From a virus: DNA of 64,000 nucleotides. The number at the start of each line of letters is the position of its first letter. Positions within the stretch are counted from its first letter, which is position 1. A program made the position numbers and the translations under genes. Under the pieces are notes generated by a model that worked only from the letters and a program-made list of their open reading frames with translations, was not told where the DNA came from and made no database searches. Where the stretch lies: positions 28,019 through 92,018 of the IMG/VR virus record IMGVR_UViG_3300013094_000027. One strand, written 5' to 3'. Positions 1-10,711 of the stretch are shown here, one piece after another.

Positions 1-46
1 GCACAAACAATCTCTTCAATAGAGCTTACAAAGCTACAAACAATCT

Positions 47-508
47 CTACGAATAAAACAGAGAAATTTCTTTTTCTCTGCGTTTAGTTAAACCATCAAC
101 TACATTGCCTCCTGCATGATTCCATGCCATCCAGGATTGTTTTATTACATCTGGTGTAGCTTCATCGTTTATGTTTCTTGCAAGAGAAGATTTTGCAAAT
201 GCATTGCAACCAATATTATATACAAAACATCCTAACGCATCTATCATATGTTGATTAATATTTGTTTTGATTGTTTTTTGAATGCAAGGTAAGAAATTTT
301 TATTTAAATTGCAAAGTAATATTTGATTAGCGTAATCTTTTGAAATAGCTTTATCTTCTAATGTTACTTTTGTGCCGTCACAATAATAAGTTGATCCGTA
401 TCCTATAGTTGGGATGCCGACTATATCTTTGTAAGGTGCTGCTTTGTATCCTTCACATGAAGCGATTAAGTTAATACAATCTTGTGAAAATTTTAATGTG
501 TTGTCCAT
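47..508 (-). CDS. Lysozyme/endolysin (GH24, T4-like muramidase)
   Basis: Catalytic E-x8-D-x5-T pattern (CEGYKAAPYKDIVGIPTIGYG), FVYNIG motif and C-terminal GLTKRREKE. Confidence 0.93.
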   Translation of the reverse strand: MDNTLKFSQDCINLIASCEGYKAAPYKDIVGIPTIGYGSTYYCDGTKVTLEDKAISKDYANQILLCNLNKNFLPCIQKTIKTNINQHMIDALGCFVYNIGCNAFAKSSLARNINDEATPDVIKQSWMAWNHAGGNVVDGLTKRREKEISLFYS

Positions 509-520
509 ATAGTTTTAGTT

Positions 521-1771
521 TTACATTTTTTGAATTTTGTATCCTAGTTTTTGAAGTCTTGCAATTTCTTCGTCTGAAATATCATATTCACCACCAACTT
601 CATATTCTCTTAACATCATACCACCTTGTTGTGCCATCATTTGTGGAGCAAAATAACCTGCATTTTGAAAACCATAAGCACCTGTTGGACCTGTTAAATT
701 CATTTGACCATAACCTTGACCACTGATTCCTATTTCTCCTTTGCTGCCTGGTGTTGGATAATACATGTCGTTTGTTTGACCATGTTGCATTAAATAATTT
801 TGATAGTTGCGTGTTTTTTGATTTTGATTCATCATATAACCAATACCACTAAATAATCCTGCTGCAGAAGCAATTGCCGAAAGACCATAATGAGGATTTG
901 ATTGTTGTCCTGTTTCTTGTTCTGAATCATTACTCATTTGTTGTGGATGTGTTACAGGCATATCGTGCATTGCTGCTTGAGGTATATAAGAAATATTTTG
1001 TTTTTGTCGTGTAACTCCTGGTTGATTTTGACCATAATTAATATTAGGATGATGATAAGGATCATTACCTGTATTATAATTTATTGCTACTGGTGGTGCT
1101 TTTTTTACTGATTCTTCTTCAGAAGTTTCACCACCATCTTCTTTTTTATGGAATCCGTGATGTTTTTTAAATGTTTGTGTAAGTCTCCATTGAGGACTTC
1201 CTTTAGGACAATCATAGTTTGGTGATCCTGGAGTACAACGACCAGGATGTTTAATAGCATCTTGAATCCAATGTCCTCCTTTTTTCATTTCTTCACATTC
1301 AGGACATTCACCACCTTCTTGTTTAAGAGGTTTATATTTTGAAGATTTTTTATATAAAGATTTGCCTGTTCCTTCATCAATCATAGTACCACCTTCTTGA
1401 TAATAACCATTTGTTCCAAGATCATATGTACCTGAATATTGACCACCTTTTTTTAAAGTTTGAGGAACATCGGTATAAGCACCTGATTGTATAGGAAAAG
1501 GTACTTGTGAAGGTCTTTTATTACCAGAACCTCTTTTTTCTATTACATTGCGAAATTTATTATCAATACTTCTATCTTCAGGAAGTGCTTGATTTTGTTC
1601 TACATTTAATTGACCCCCTGCTTTATAAGAAGAATTTGTAGAAGTATCCCATGTATAAGAACCTCCTGTTCTCATATGTGGATAATCTTTAAAAAAAGAT
1701 TCTTTATCTGGATATTTGGAATAAAATTCTTTTTTATTTTTTATTCCTGCTTCTTTCATGAATGGATGCAT
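521..1771 (-). CDS. Low-complexity putative internal virion protein with 9 xxxGG motifs
   Basis: 416 aa, Q/G-rich, in late operon; contains WIQDAIKHPG module and C-terminal YEVGGEYDISDEEIARL module. Confidence 0.6.
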   Translation of the reverse strand: MHPFMKEAGIKNKKEFYSKYPDKESFFKDYPHMRTGGSYTWDTSTNSSYKAGGQLNVEQNQALPEDRSIDNKFRNVIEKRGSGNKRPSQVPFPIQSGAYTDVPQTLKKGGQYSGTYDLGTNGYYQEGGTMIDEGTGKSLYKKSSKYKPLKQEGGECPECEEMKKGGHWIQDAIKHPGRCTPGSPNYDCPKGSPQWRLTQTFKKHHGFHKKEDGGETSEEESVKKAPPVAINYNTGNDPYHHPNINYGQNQPGVTRQKQNISYIPQAAMHDMPVTHPQQMSNDSEQETGQQSNPHYGLSAIASAAGLFSGIGYMMNQNQKTRNYQNYLMQHGQTNDMYYPTPGSKGEIGISGQGYGQMNLTGPTGAYGFQNAGYFAPQMMAQQGGMMLREYEVGGEYDISDEEIARLQKLGYKIQKM

Positions 1772-1775
1772 ATTA

Positions 1776-4700
1776 TTAAAATTTATTTATTGCTGGATGT
1801 GGATTATATGTACTACGATCAACTTTTTTTTGAGTTCTTCCTTTATATTGTCTTTTTTTAGTATTGGGTAATGCAACAGGTTGTTCATCTTGATTTAACC
1901 AATCATATTGTTGTGGTTGTTGTTGTTCACCACCTTGTTGCTTTATATCACCACCATACTTCTTAGCCCAACCTCTTTCAGTTGGTAGTTTCTTTTCATA
2001 TACAGGCAAAACAAATTGATCAGTATCTTTAGGGCCTTTAAGAACTTTTTGTTTACCTATTGCATCTATAATGGCTACAGGAACTTGTGGGTTATCTAAT
2101 CCTCTAAAAGTTGTTTGTTGTCCATTTCCTGGGAAGTACATTTCATTTCCCATAGTAGGATCATTTAAGCCTATGTATTTTTGAAAATGAGTTAATGGTA
2201 CTGTTGGTCCACCCATTTGTTTTTTAGGTATAGAACCTCCGTATTTATTTTTATTCATAAAAAACTTATCATTTAAAAGATCAGTCATTTTTATAGGTTT
2301 TAAAAATAAATCTTCTGATTTACTTTTATTATACTGATTTACTCCTGCATCATAATCCTCTTTTTTAATAGGAATTCCATTTCTTTTATAAGTAGGTATT
2401 TGTCTAATTTTACCTGATTTTGTTTTATTTTTATTTATATAATATTCATATTGATCTCCATTTACTTTGAAAGATGGTGTTATTTTTTGTTTGTCTGCTT
2501 GAGTTAATGCTCTATCTGGTTGATTATAAGTTCTTCCAAATTCTCCATTATCAAAAGTAGGCTCATGTCTCTCTGTAATTCCTAAATCTTTTAACATTTG
2601 AGGATTGTCAAATCCTAACATTTTTTGTGCCCTTGTATATCCTTTTAGTTGAATAGGCTTCAACTGTTTATTAAAAATATCAGCATCAGAACTATTTAAT
2701 ATTTCATTATACTTTTGAGCATTCCAATCAGGGTGTCCTTCTAAAGCAGATATAAGATTCTCTGGTATACTCTCATCTCTTAAAGGAACTTCTACTTTAT
2801 TACCCCTATATTCATCAATATAGTATTCTGGTTTAAAAGGTTTATCATTAAACCACGCATTTGCTTGTTCTGATTGTAATCTGTCTCTATCTCCTTTGAT
2901 TATATTAAACCTATTTTTAATTTTATCATTAATTGTTTTTAACTGTTCTGATGCTTTTTGATTAGCTTCTAAATATTTAGCTTTATTAGGATCTTCATAT
3001 GGAATATTATATTGACTACCATACTCGTCTGTAACAGTTCTATAGTTTTTAAAGTTTAATTCATGAGGATTAGTTTTTACATTATCCGAAATAATAGGGT
3101 AACCTCTTTCATCTAATTCTTGTCCTACATTATATATAGGAACTGTTTTAGGATCAATCTCTGTAACAAAAGGCATAGGAGTATTACCCTTTGTTTTCTT
3201 TATAGTAGACATTGGGAATCCTCCTGTATAAGGTATGTGTTCTGCTGTTTGTACTATGGGAGCTTCTTTTGCAGCAGCTTTCATATAGTTATATGGGTTA
3301 AACATTTCTCCAATAGTTCCTGCCGTAACTACTTTATCAGCAAAATCTGCTGCAACATTCCATTTGTTTTTAGGGTCTTGCATTTCAGAAGTTACCTGTG
3401 CTTGTTTCTGGAGTTCATCCCAATCTACCATACCATGTTGTTGGGCATATTGATCTCTTACCCATTGGGGAGTATCTTGTGCTTTTTTTATATATGTTGG
3501 TGCAGGAGCATGATAACTTTGTAACCAATCGTTATAACCTAACTCCTGAAGTTGTTTGGCTGATTGATCGTCTCTACTTGGTTGTTTAAGGTAAGGTGTG
3601 GGTAGTGTGCCTCCTGTTTGATATTTTTGTAACCATCCTCCATTTCTTTTCTCTGGTATCCATTGATTCTCCTGTCCTGGTAAAAACCCTCTTTTATAGA
3701 AACCTTCCGGTCTTTCTAAATCATATGAACCTTTTTCTGGGTTAAATTTTGTTTTAGGGGATAACCATTCAGGACCATTGGGATTAAGACTATTAATATC
3801 TACAGGGGATTGCTTTGTGTTGTAATTTATTGGTAAATCTTGAAAAGGTTGATTAGGTTGTTTATTTATATCTATACCTTTTTTGTATAAAATAGGTTGT
3901 ATAGGCTTTTTATATACAACGTTTCCAGCATTATTCCCTTTATTCCTTTCTTCAAAAATAGGTAATATTTTCCTATGTGCTAAATCAGGTGAGCTTTCTG
4001 CATTATTCCAATAATAATTTTTATCTTTGTTTATTAATGCATTTCCTACTTTTTGTAATATTTGATCCTTTCTGTCACCTTCTAAAACAGAAGTACTGTC
4101 TGCTCCTAGTCTATTGTGGTTATTTCTAATTAAATTAACAAAATTATTATACCTTTCTAAATCCTCTTTACTGTCTGCTTTCCTCCAATCTTCTCTAGGA
4201 TTATTATTTAAAAAAGGTATTCTTGTACCAGGCTCAATGCCTTCTAAAGATTCTTGTAATTTTGTATAATTATAAAGATTTAAACTATCATTATAACTTC
4301 TCAATCTTGGGTCATTAGGATCATGAGTTATAATAGGAGGTAATTGACCTCCTTGTTGCATCTTAGATTGTGTATTCTTAGTACTATACTTATCCAGCCA
4401 TCCCATATCAATTATCTTTAAACTTGTTATCGAATGGGTTGATTGATCATCTCTGCTTGGTTGTTTTAGGTAAGGTGTGGGTAGTGTGCCTCCTAATTGT
4501 TTTTTGGGTAATTCTACTCTACGCATCCAATCAACAGGTATAACTTTATCAATACTATCTTGTCTTATTATAGGAGATTTATAAACAGAATTGCCCTTAC
4601 TATCTATGTGCTCAAATTGAATTTTAGACCAATCTATTTTAGGAGAATCTATTGGAGTTGGTAAATATTGTTGTTTAGAAGGTTCTGATTTTTTAGAATT

Positions 4701-6053
4701 ATTTTGTTTTAATTTTTTAATAGATTGTGCGGTTGTAGGTTGTTGTACAGGAAAAGGTATTGTATCTGATACAGTAGTAGTATCAGAAGGTTGTATTTGA
4801 TCATCTCTTTTATCTGTTTGAGTTGTTAGGTATTGTAATGGATTAGTGGGGTGATTAGGGTTATGAAAATCGAAACCTTTTGCAAATAATTCTAATTGTG
4901 CATCTTGTAAATCTCTAGCTATTTGATCGTGTACCCATGTATGAGGATCCAAACTATAATCACTAGGTAAATGATCAGCATTTACACTATAAGTTTTTCC
5001 ACTTTTTGATGTATATGTAGAATTATTTTTTATACCTCCTTGAGAAGGTTTATCTATAAAATCATCGTTAAATAATTTATGTTCAGGCAAAGTATTATCT
5101 CCTACATATTCACCTTCTTCAAATATTGGTTTTTGAAACTGTTGCTTCCATTGATGTTCTGGTTTTAATACACGTTCCCCTCGTTGAAAAGGTTCATACT
5201 GTTTTGAATCTATTTCATCAAACTGTTTTAAATCATTTTTTGCTGTGTTTATTCTATCTTTTATATTATTTAATGTCTTTTGATCCTCTGTTGAAAATTT
5301 TGCTTTTTTTATTTGTTCTATCTCTGTTTGAGATAATTTTCTTGATTTAGGAGTCCCATATAATTTATTAGGTGTACCATCGCTATTAAATGGCTGATCC
5401 CCGAAAATGCTTCCATGAGTGTATTCATTTACTACAGGATTACCATTTTCATCAAATTCTGAAAAATATGGTTTATCTCTATAAAATTGTGCTCCATATT
5501 GGTTTACATGACTAGGTGTAGCAAATTTACCTTCTAAAGGTTTAGGAAAAAAAGAGTTTTGAAATTCGTTACTAACTCCTTTTATAGCCCCTACATCCAT
5601 AAGGGTATTTATAAACTTATTTGGTAAGTTCTGAGTACTGTCTCTAAAATGCTCTAATGTTGCAGTTCTTTTAGCGGCATCTAAATAGGTCATTGGGTTT
5701 AAAACATCTATAGCAGCATCATATTTATTCCTATCTGCCATTCTATTAAAATAATCAGGCAAATTACCATAATCATTATAAAATTGAATAGCAGTCATAG
5801 GATTACGTACAATATCACCAATTTTGTTTATTAAAGGTCTTTTAGGCTGAGAGGGTTGTACCTGCATATTATCCTGTTTGGTTTTCATATCCATTACATT
5901 CAACCATTGAGAATCTAAAGGAGGTAATTTAGGTGCAATATATTTAGTAGGTACTTCTTCTTTTGTACCTCCTTGTTGAAGACGACTTAACAAACCTCCT
6001 TTTTTGTATTTTCCTTTCCATCCTGTCAGATCGAAATATTCATGGTACTTCAT
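1776..6053 (-). CDS. Large modular putative virion/cargo protein with recurring xxxGG and GWxxKY motifs
   Basis: 1425 aa ORF directly downstream of the muzzle-like gene; internal duplicated linker GGTLPTPYLKQPSRDDQS. Confidence 0.6.
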   Translation of the reverse strand: MKYHEYFDLTGWKGKYKKGGLLSRLQQGGTKEEVPTKYIAPKLPPLDSQWLNVMDMKTKQDNMQVQPSQPKRPLINKIGDIVRNPMTAIQFYNDYGNLPDYFNRMADRNKYDAAIDVLNPMTYLDAAKRTATLEHFRDSTQNLPNKFINTLMDVGAIKGVSNEFQNSFFPKPLEGKFATPSHVNQYGAQFYRDKPYFSEFDENGNPVVNEYTHGSIFGDQPFNSDGTPNKLYGTPKSRKLSQTEIEQIKKAKFSTEDQKTLNNIKDRINTAKNDLKQFDEIDSKQYEPFQRGERVLKPEHQWKQQFQKPIFEEGEYVGDNTLPEHKLFNDDFIDKPSQGGIKNNSTYTSKSGKTYSVNADHLPSDYSLDPHTWVHDQIARDLQDAQLELFAKGFDFHNPNHPTNPLQYLTTQTDKRDDQIQPSDTTTVSDTIPFPVQQPTTAQSIKKLKQNNSKKSEPSKQQYLPTPIDSPKIDWSKIQFEHIDSKGNSVYKSPIIRQDSIDKVIPVDWMRRVELPKKQLGGTLPTPYLKQPSRDDQSTHSITSLKIIDMGWLDKYSTKNTQSKMQQGGQLPPIITHDPNDPRLRSYNDSLNLYNYTKLQESLEGIEPGTRIPFLNNNPREDWRKADSKEDLERYNNFVNLIRNNHNRLGADSTSVLEGDRKDQILQKVGNALINKDKNYYWNNAESSPDLAHRKILPIFEERNKGNNAGNVVYKKPIQPILYKKGIDINKQPNQPFQDLPINYNTKQSPVDINSLNPNGPEWLSPKTKFNPEKGSYDLERPEGFYKRGFLPGQENQWIPEKRNGGWLQKYQTGGTLPTPYLKQPSRDDQSAKQLQELGYNDWLQSYHAPAPTYIKKAQDTPQWVRDQYAQQHGMVDWDELQKQAQVTSEMQDPKNKWNVAADFADKVVTAGTIGEMFNPYNYMKAAAKEAPIVQTAEHIPYTGGFPMSTIKKTKGNTPMPFVTEIDPKTVPIYNVGQELDERGYPIISDNVKTNPHELNFKNYRTVTDEYGSQYNIPYEDPNKAKYLEANQKASEQLKTINDKIKNRFNIIKGDRDRLQSEQANAWFNDKPFKPEYYIDEYRGNKVEVPLRDESIPENLISALEGHPDWNAQKYNEILNSSDADIFNKQLKPIQLKGYTRAQKMLGFDNPQMLKDLGITERHEPTFDNGEFGRTYNQPDRALTQADKQKITPSFKVNGDQYEYYINKNKTKSGKIRQIPTYKRNGIPIKKEDYDAGVNQYNKSKSEDLFLKPIKMTDLLNDKFFMNKNKYGGSIPKKQMGGPTVPLTHFQKYIGLNDPTMGNEMYFPGNGQQTTFRGLDNPQVPVAIIDAIGKQKVLKGPKDTDQFVLPVYEKKLPTERGWAKKYGGDIKQQGGEQQQPQQYDWLNQDEQPVALPNTKKRQYKGRTQKKVDRSTYNPHPAINKF
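3561..3615. repeat. 55-bp direct repeat, copy A (partner at 4440-4494)
   Basis: tgattgatcgtctctacttggttgtttaaggtaaggtgtgggtagtgtgcctcct; 3 mismatches to copy B. Confidence 0.95.
4440..4494. repeat. 55-bp direct repeat, copy B
   Basis: tgattgatcatctctgcttggttgttttaggtaaggtgtgggtagtgtgcctcct; encodes the same peptide as copy A. Confidence 0.95.
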
Positions 6054-9000
6054 TATCTTATACTTTCTTGATTATTAGATTTTGATAAATATAATTGTAA
6101 TCTACTGCCATTAGGGTTATTTTTTTTTAAGAAGATTTTTGCAAATTCTCCTCTGAATTTTTTTCTTTGTATTTGTTCTTTATTATAATTCAAAGCATCA
6201 ATATTTAAAGAAAAATCAACACCGTTATCACTTGTTATAATAGATTGTTGTTGTGCATTTGAATATTCCCCTCTGTCATTAGTAATATCCCAAAATTGTG
6301 ATATTCTGTATTTACGTTCTTTAAATCCATATAGAATATCTATACTTGAAGTATTTACATTTGGATAATTAATTTCTAAATAAGGGTTTGCAGGTTTAGG
6401 ATTTAAATTTAATAATCCACTACATTGCTCATTATTATAAACAATAAGATTATCAAAATTATTATCATATTCTAAAAATCTATCCCATCCATTAGCTTTA
6501 TAAATCCATGTATCTAAATAGTATTCTATGTTTTTTAGAGTTGTAAAATTATTTGGTGCTGTGTTTATAATATATTCAATACTCATTTCATATTGAACAC
6601 CATAATAATTTGCAAATAAATCTGTTCTTTGATTATGTGTCCAAAGTGCATTATTTTTACTTGTTATATTATGATTTCTTGCTGTAATAGAAAAATCAGG
6701 AAACCAACTATGATAACTTAACCAACAATCATTTTTACAATCATAAGAAACTGTCCAAGAGCAATCTTCAAAAAACTGAGTATCTGTAAAAGGAATTGGT
6801 TTTTTAATGCTTTGTTCTGTTCCTAAAGTATCATAAAACAAACCATTACTAAGCTGAATTGCTTTTAAATTAATTGCTTTATAATCTTTTTTAGAAACAT
6901 ATAAAATGTCATTAGTCTCATCATATGAGATCTGCATACCAACACCAGCAATAGGGTTATCATATAAAGGATAATTAGGAAATTGTTGTAATAAATAAGA
7001 AGGCATATATTTTGCAAACCACCATTTAAGACCTTTTGCAGAAATTTCATCTAATGTTTCGCCTTTTCTAAAGACTTTACCCGATGCTTGAGAAACCCAA
7101 AATAAACCATGTGGTGTATTTAAAGCACTATATTTAGACTTAGTATTTCCATAATTAATTCCTTTTTCTGTATTAACTACATTTTGTAAAGGTTGGTTAA
7201 ATAAACCACCGTCACCAATTGTTATTTGCGTTGTAGTTGACTCACCTTGTTCAAGAACTTGAACACCTGTAAATTCTACAGGAGAGGATTCATCCATTAA
7301 AAAGATTGCACCTGTTTTAGAAACAGGTTTTATTGCTCTAACAGGAGTTGTAAAATCATAATAATTATTTGGCAAAAATTGTTTCCAATTATCAATTGTT
7401 AATTCTTCAGTTTGTGGTAAAGAGTATATAACTCGTCTAGGATAATAATTATCACAACTGTAAGCAAGAATAGGATCATAATCATATGATAAAGTTTGAC
7501 CAAATGAAATATATTGAGTATAAAATTTGTTTACAGAAAGCGAATAATCATATTTATAAAAAGGATCTGATTTTATTATGTCTGATCTAAATAATCTACT
7601 TAAATCTGAAAAGCCATAAGGGTCATAAAATTTTTGTGCATCTAAATCACCATAATCTCTAAAGCCTACATTAACATCAGATTCTACATAAAAATCACGT
7701 ACACCATTACAGAACAAATAAAAATTACCTGAATCAACATAAAAAGCAGAACCTAATAAATTATATCCTGTTTGTTCGTTATCTAATCTTCTATAATTAG
7801 AAGCAAAATTTATTAAATGACCCGGCACTTGATAATTATCAATCCAAAAACCAGGATAAGGTACATTTATATAATCACGATAATTATACATGTAATCTTC
7901 AACAACATCAATAAGCCAATCATTAAAAAATAACATTGGATTTTTTTCAGTATATCTGTTTATATATGTATCGCCACCAAAAAGTACTGGTGTAGAAGTT
8001 CCTGTTAAAGGACCATTAGAGATTAATAATTCTTTTACAGAATATATTTGTCCGTATTGTGAAGGCATATTTAATTTCAATCCTGTGTAATAACAAGAAG
8101 TTGAAGTATATGCCTGATTTGTACCACCATTAGGATTTTGTGATATTGTATATCTTGTTACATCTTTTGGTACACCATAATTTGCATCAGGTGCAGGTAA
8201 AGAATTACTAATAGCAAGTGCAACAAAACTATTGCGATACAAATTGTTTATTTCAAAACTGTTAAACATTTGCACCCTACTATCTACATATTGATAATCA
8301 TTTACATTACTAAGAGACCAATTATTATTTCCTAAATATTGATATTCGTTATAATAAGAATGACCGTTAAATTGAGCAGCATATTGTTTTGCCGGTATAA
8401 GACCTTTAATTACTCTATATATTTGTTCTTCTACCATTGCTGTTTGCATAGGCAACATTGCAGCAGCTAATGCTATATTAGCTACTTTATAAGCAACATA
8501 CGCAGCTTCACTAAGAACACCAGTAGCATCTGAAGGATAAGTTATTGGACCACCTATTAATGTTGTCCAAGGCATACTGTCTGTTCCTGTTAATTGAACA
8601 TTATATGAACCTCCTGCAGCAATTCCTGTTATTGTTGAAAAATCTACTAGTAATGCAACAAGTGTAGAAAGAATACTATCAAAATTAGTTGCAACTTTAA
8701 ACATAGGATGTTTATAAGGTGTTTCAAAAATACCTTGTTGCAAACCATAAATTGCCTGATATACTTTTAATTGAGGTGAACCTAAGAAAGGTTTTTCAAA
8801 AACTGTATCTGGTGAATGAAAAGAATAATGTTCAAATAATATATTTTTATTATATGGATAAGCACTTCCGCCACCTAACCAATTATTTGAAGTATTACCG
8901 TTTGTTCCACCTAAAGTTATTTGATTTATATTATATGTTAAATAAGGATCTGGTCGTAAATCATTTGCAGGATAATTTTGAAAAAGTCCAAATTGTTGTG

Positions 9001-10711
9001 ATACACCTGCAACACCTGTACCATATATAGGATATTGGCACATGTTGTTTATTATACCTTTAGCAATAATAGATTTTTGACCTTCTCTAGAGCCTCTAAG
9101 TATTTCATAACCAACAATAGTTGTAATTACATTACCATGATTATCTACTGGAGGTTGTATATTATTAAATTGAACACCAAGTACATTTATATATGCTGAA
9201 TTAGGAGTTCTTGGTGTAAAGTGAGATACTCCTGAAACAGTTTGATCTGGAAATTTATGATGTCTAATAAATTGTCCACATAAATCCCATTCAGGATGTC
9301 CTGCAACATTTGCATTATATACTAAAGGTTGATCTGAAGGATACTGTTCTGTTGATTGCCAATAACCCATTAAACCTGTAACAATCACTACACCACCATC
9401 AGGTAATGTAGAAGTAGCTGTAGATAATATAGAAGCTGTATTTTGTACAGACCAATTTAAATCGGTACTTGCATTATATGCTCTACCGGGTATATGATAA
9501 GAAGCACTTTTATCACCTGTATTATATATCCATCTTATAAAAAAACAATATTGTTCATCTGACATATAACTATAATTATTGCCAGAAAAATATTGTGTTG
9601 TTCCCGGTACTAATGCTGTACCTTGATAATATTTTTCAGGATACTGTACAAGCACCCATTCTGCATTTATTTGATTTGCAAGTGGTTGATAATTAAAATC
9701 AGGTCTTTCACTTATTCCACTACGAATAAGATAATTATTTACAGCCCAAATTGTATCTGATTTTTCAAAATGAGGTGTTTGTAAAGGCAATGTGTTTAAA
9801 CTAACAACAGGTAGCGTTGTATTAATACTATCAATATGAATGGTAGATTCTGTTGTATAATATAATCCTAATTGACGTGCAACTAATTGTCCATTATTAT
9901 AACTTATAATAGCAATGATCATTTCTTCAAAATGAGTAGTGTCTGCATTTTGAATATTTAAAACTAAAGCACCTGCAATATTATTATGGCTAAAAATAGC
10001 TTGAGTATTAGAAAATACTACATAATCAGTAACTTTAATTCCGTTTTGTGCATATGCCAAAGCAACCTGATAAGTACCATTTTCTAAAGTTCCTGCTGTT
10101 TGCGATTTATTTAATGTTATATTAGGAACATTTACTAAAGGAGCTAATTGTATATTATTACAATTTAATACGTCTGTATTTACACAAGTAGTACAAGTTG
10201 TTGGTGGTGTACCTGTAGTAGTACAATTTTGAATCCAAATAAGATTATTTACATTAGAAGTATTTGTATCTACATATCTGTCAGGATTTCTTTTTCCGTC
10301 AGACCAATAAACATTAAAACCACAATCATAATTTCTTCTTGCAGCACCTGTTATAGGATTTGTTGTACTAAAATTAAGGCAAGGACAATTAGAAAATTTT
10401 GTATAAATACAATTATCTGTGTCCACAATACCTATTTCTGAATTACCGCTTATAGTGGGATCTAAAGAAGAGTTATCTGTGCAAAAAACCATCCATAAAG
10501 CTCCATCTAAAGGTATGGCTCCAATTAATTGATATGGTAAATTTACACATAATTGATTAGCACTTTCCGTAGAAAGTGTTAATTGATCACCAGATTGAGT
10601 TGAATTAATAACATTTTTTGCAAAAGTCCACATTTCAGGATTTTGCAAATATGTTACTAAATCTCTATATAAACCTTTAGTGAATTTATTATTTGTTTCT
10701 GGATTAGGCAA
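6053..10711 (-). CDS. Tail stabilization / muzzle protein (crAss-like)
   Basis: 1552 aa; N-terminal FTKGLYRD...AKN, IRHHKFP, FGGDTYI and WLSYHSW motifs recalled from this family; adjacent to ring/tubular genes. Confidence 0.8.
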   Translation of the reverse strand: MPNPETNNKFTKGLYRDLVTYLQNPEMWTFAKNVINSTQSGDQLTLSTESANQLCVNLPYQLIGAIPLDGALWMVFCTDNSSLDPTISGNSEIGIVDTDNCIYTKFSNCPCLNFSTTNPITGAARRNYDCGFNVYWSDGKRNPDRYVDTNTSNVNNLIWIQNCTTTGTPPTTCTTCVNTDVLNCNNIQLAPLVNVPNITLNKSQTAGTLENGTYQVALAYAQNGIKVTDYVVFSNTQAIFSHNNIAGALVLNIQNADTTHFEEMIIAIISYNNGQLVARQLGLYYTTESTIHIDSINTTLPVVSLNTLPLQTPHFEKSDTIWAVNNYLIRSGISERPDFNYQPLANQINAEWVLVQYPEKYYQGTALVPGTTQYFSGNNYSYMSDEQYCFFIRWIYNTGDKSASYHIPGRAYNASTDLNWSVQNTASILSTATSTLPDGGVVIVTGLMGYWQSTEQYPSDQPLVYNANVAGHPEWDLCGQFIRHHKFPDQTVSGVSHFTPRTPNSAYINVLGVQFNNIQPPVDNHGNVITTIVGYEILRGSREGQKSIIAKGIINNMCQYPIYGTGVAGVSQQFGLFQNYPANDLRPDPYLTYNINQITLGGTNGNTSNNWLGGGSAYPYNKNILFEHYSFHSPDTVFEKPFLGSPQLKVYQAIYGLQQGIFETPYKHPMFKVATNFDSILSTLVALLVDFSTITGIAAGGSYNVQLTGTDSMPWTTLIGGPITYPSDATGVLSEAAYVAYKVANIALAAAMLPMQTAMVEEQIYRVIKGLIPAKQYAAQFNGHSYYNEYQYLGNNNWSLSNVNDYQYVDSRVQMFNSFEINNLYRNSFVALAISNSLPAPDANYGVPKDVTRYTISQNPNGGTNQAYTSTSCYYTGLKLNMPSQYGQIYSVKELLISNGPLTGTSTPVLFGGDTYINRYTEKNPMLFFNDWLIDVVEDYMYNYRDYINVPYPGFWIDNYQVPGHLINFASNYRRLDNEQTGYNLLGSAFYVDSGNFYLFCNGVRDFYVESDVNVGFRDYGDLDAQKFYDPYGFSDLSRLFRSDIIKSDPFYKYDYSLSVNKFYTQYISFGQTLSYDYDPILAYSCDNYYPRRVIYSLPQTEELTIDNWKQFLPNNYYDFTTPVRAIKPVSKTGAIFLMDESSPVEFTGVQVLEQGESTTTQITIGDGGLFNQPLQNVVNTEKGINYGNTKSKYSALNTPHGLFWVSQASGKVFRKGETLDEISAKGLKWWFAKYMPSYLLQQFPNYPLYDNPIAGVGMQISYDETNDILYVSKKDYKAINLKAIQLSNGLFYDTLGTEQSIKKPIPFTDTQFFEDCSWTVSYDCKNDCWLSYHSWFPDFSITARNHNITSKNNALWTHNQRTDLFANYYGVQYEMSIEYIINTAPNNFTTLKNIEYYLDTWIYKANGWDRFLEYDNNFDNLIVYNNEQCSGLLNLNPKPANPYLEINYPNVNTSSIDILYGFKERKYRISQFWDITNDRGEYSNAQQQSIITSDNGVDFSLNIDALNYNKEQIQRKKFRGEFAKIFLKKNNPNGSRLQLYLSKSNNQESIR

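Noticed and set aside
3561-4494. Diversity-generating retroelement TR/VR pair
   Set aside because: Both copies are coding, differences are synonymous and not adenine-specific, and no reverse transcriptase is in the window
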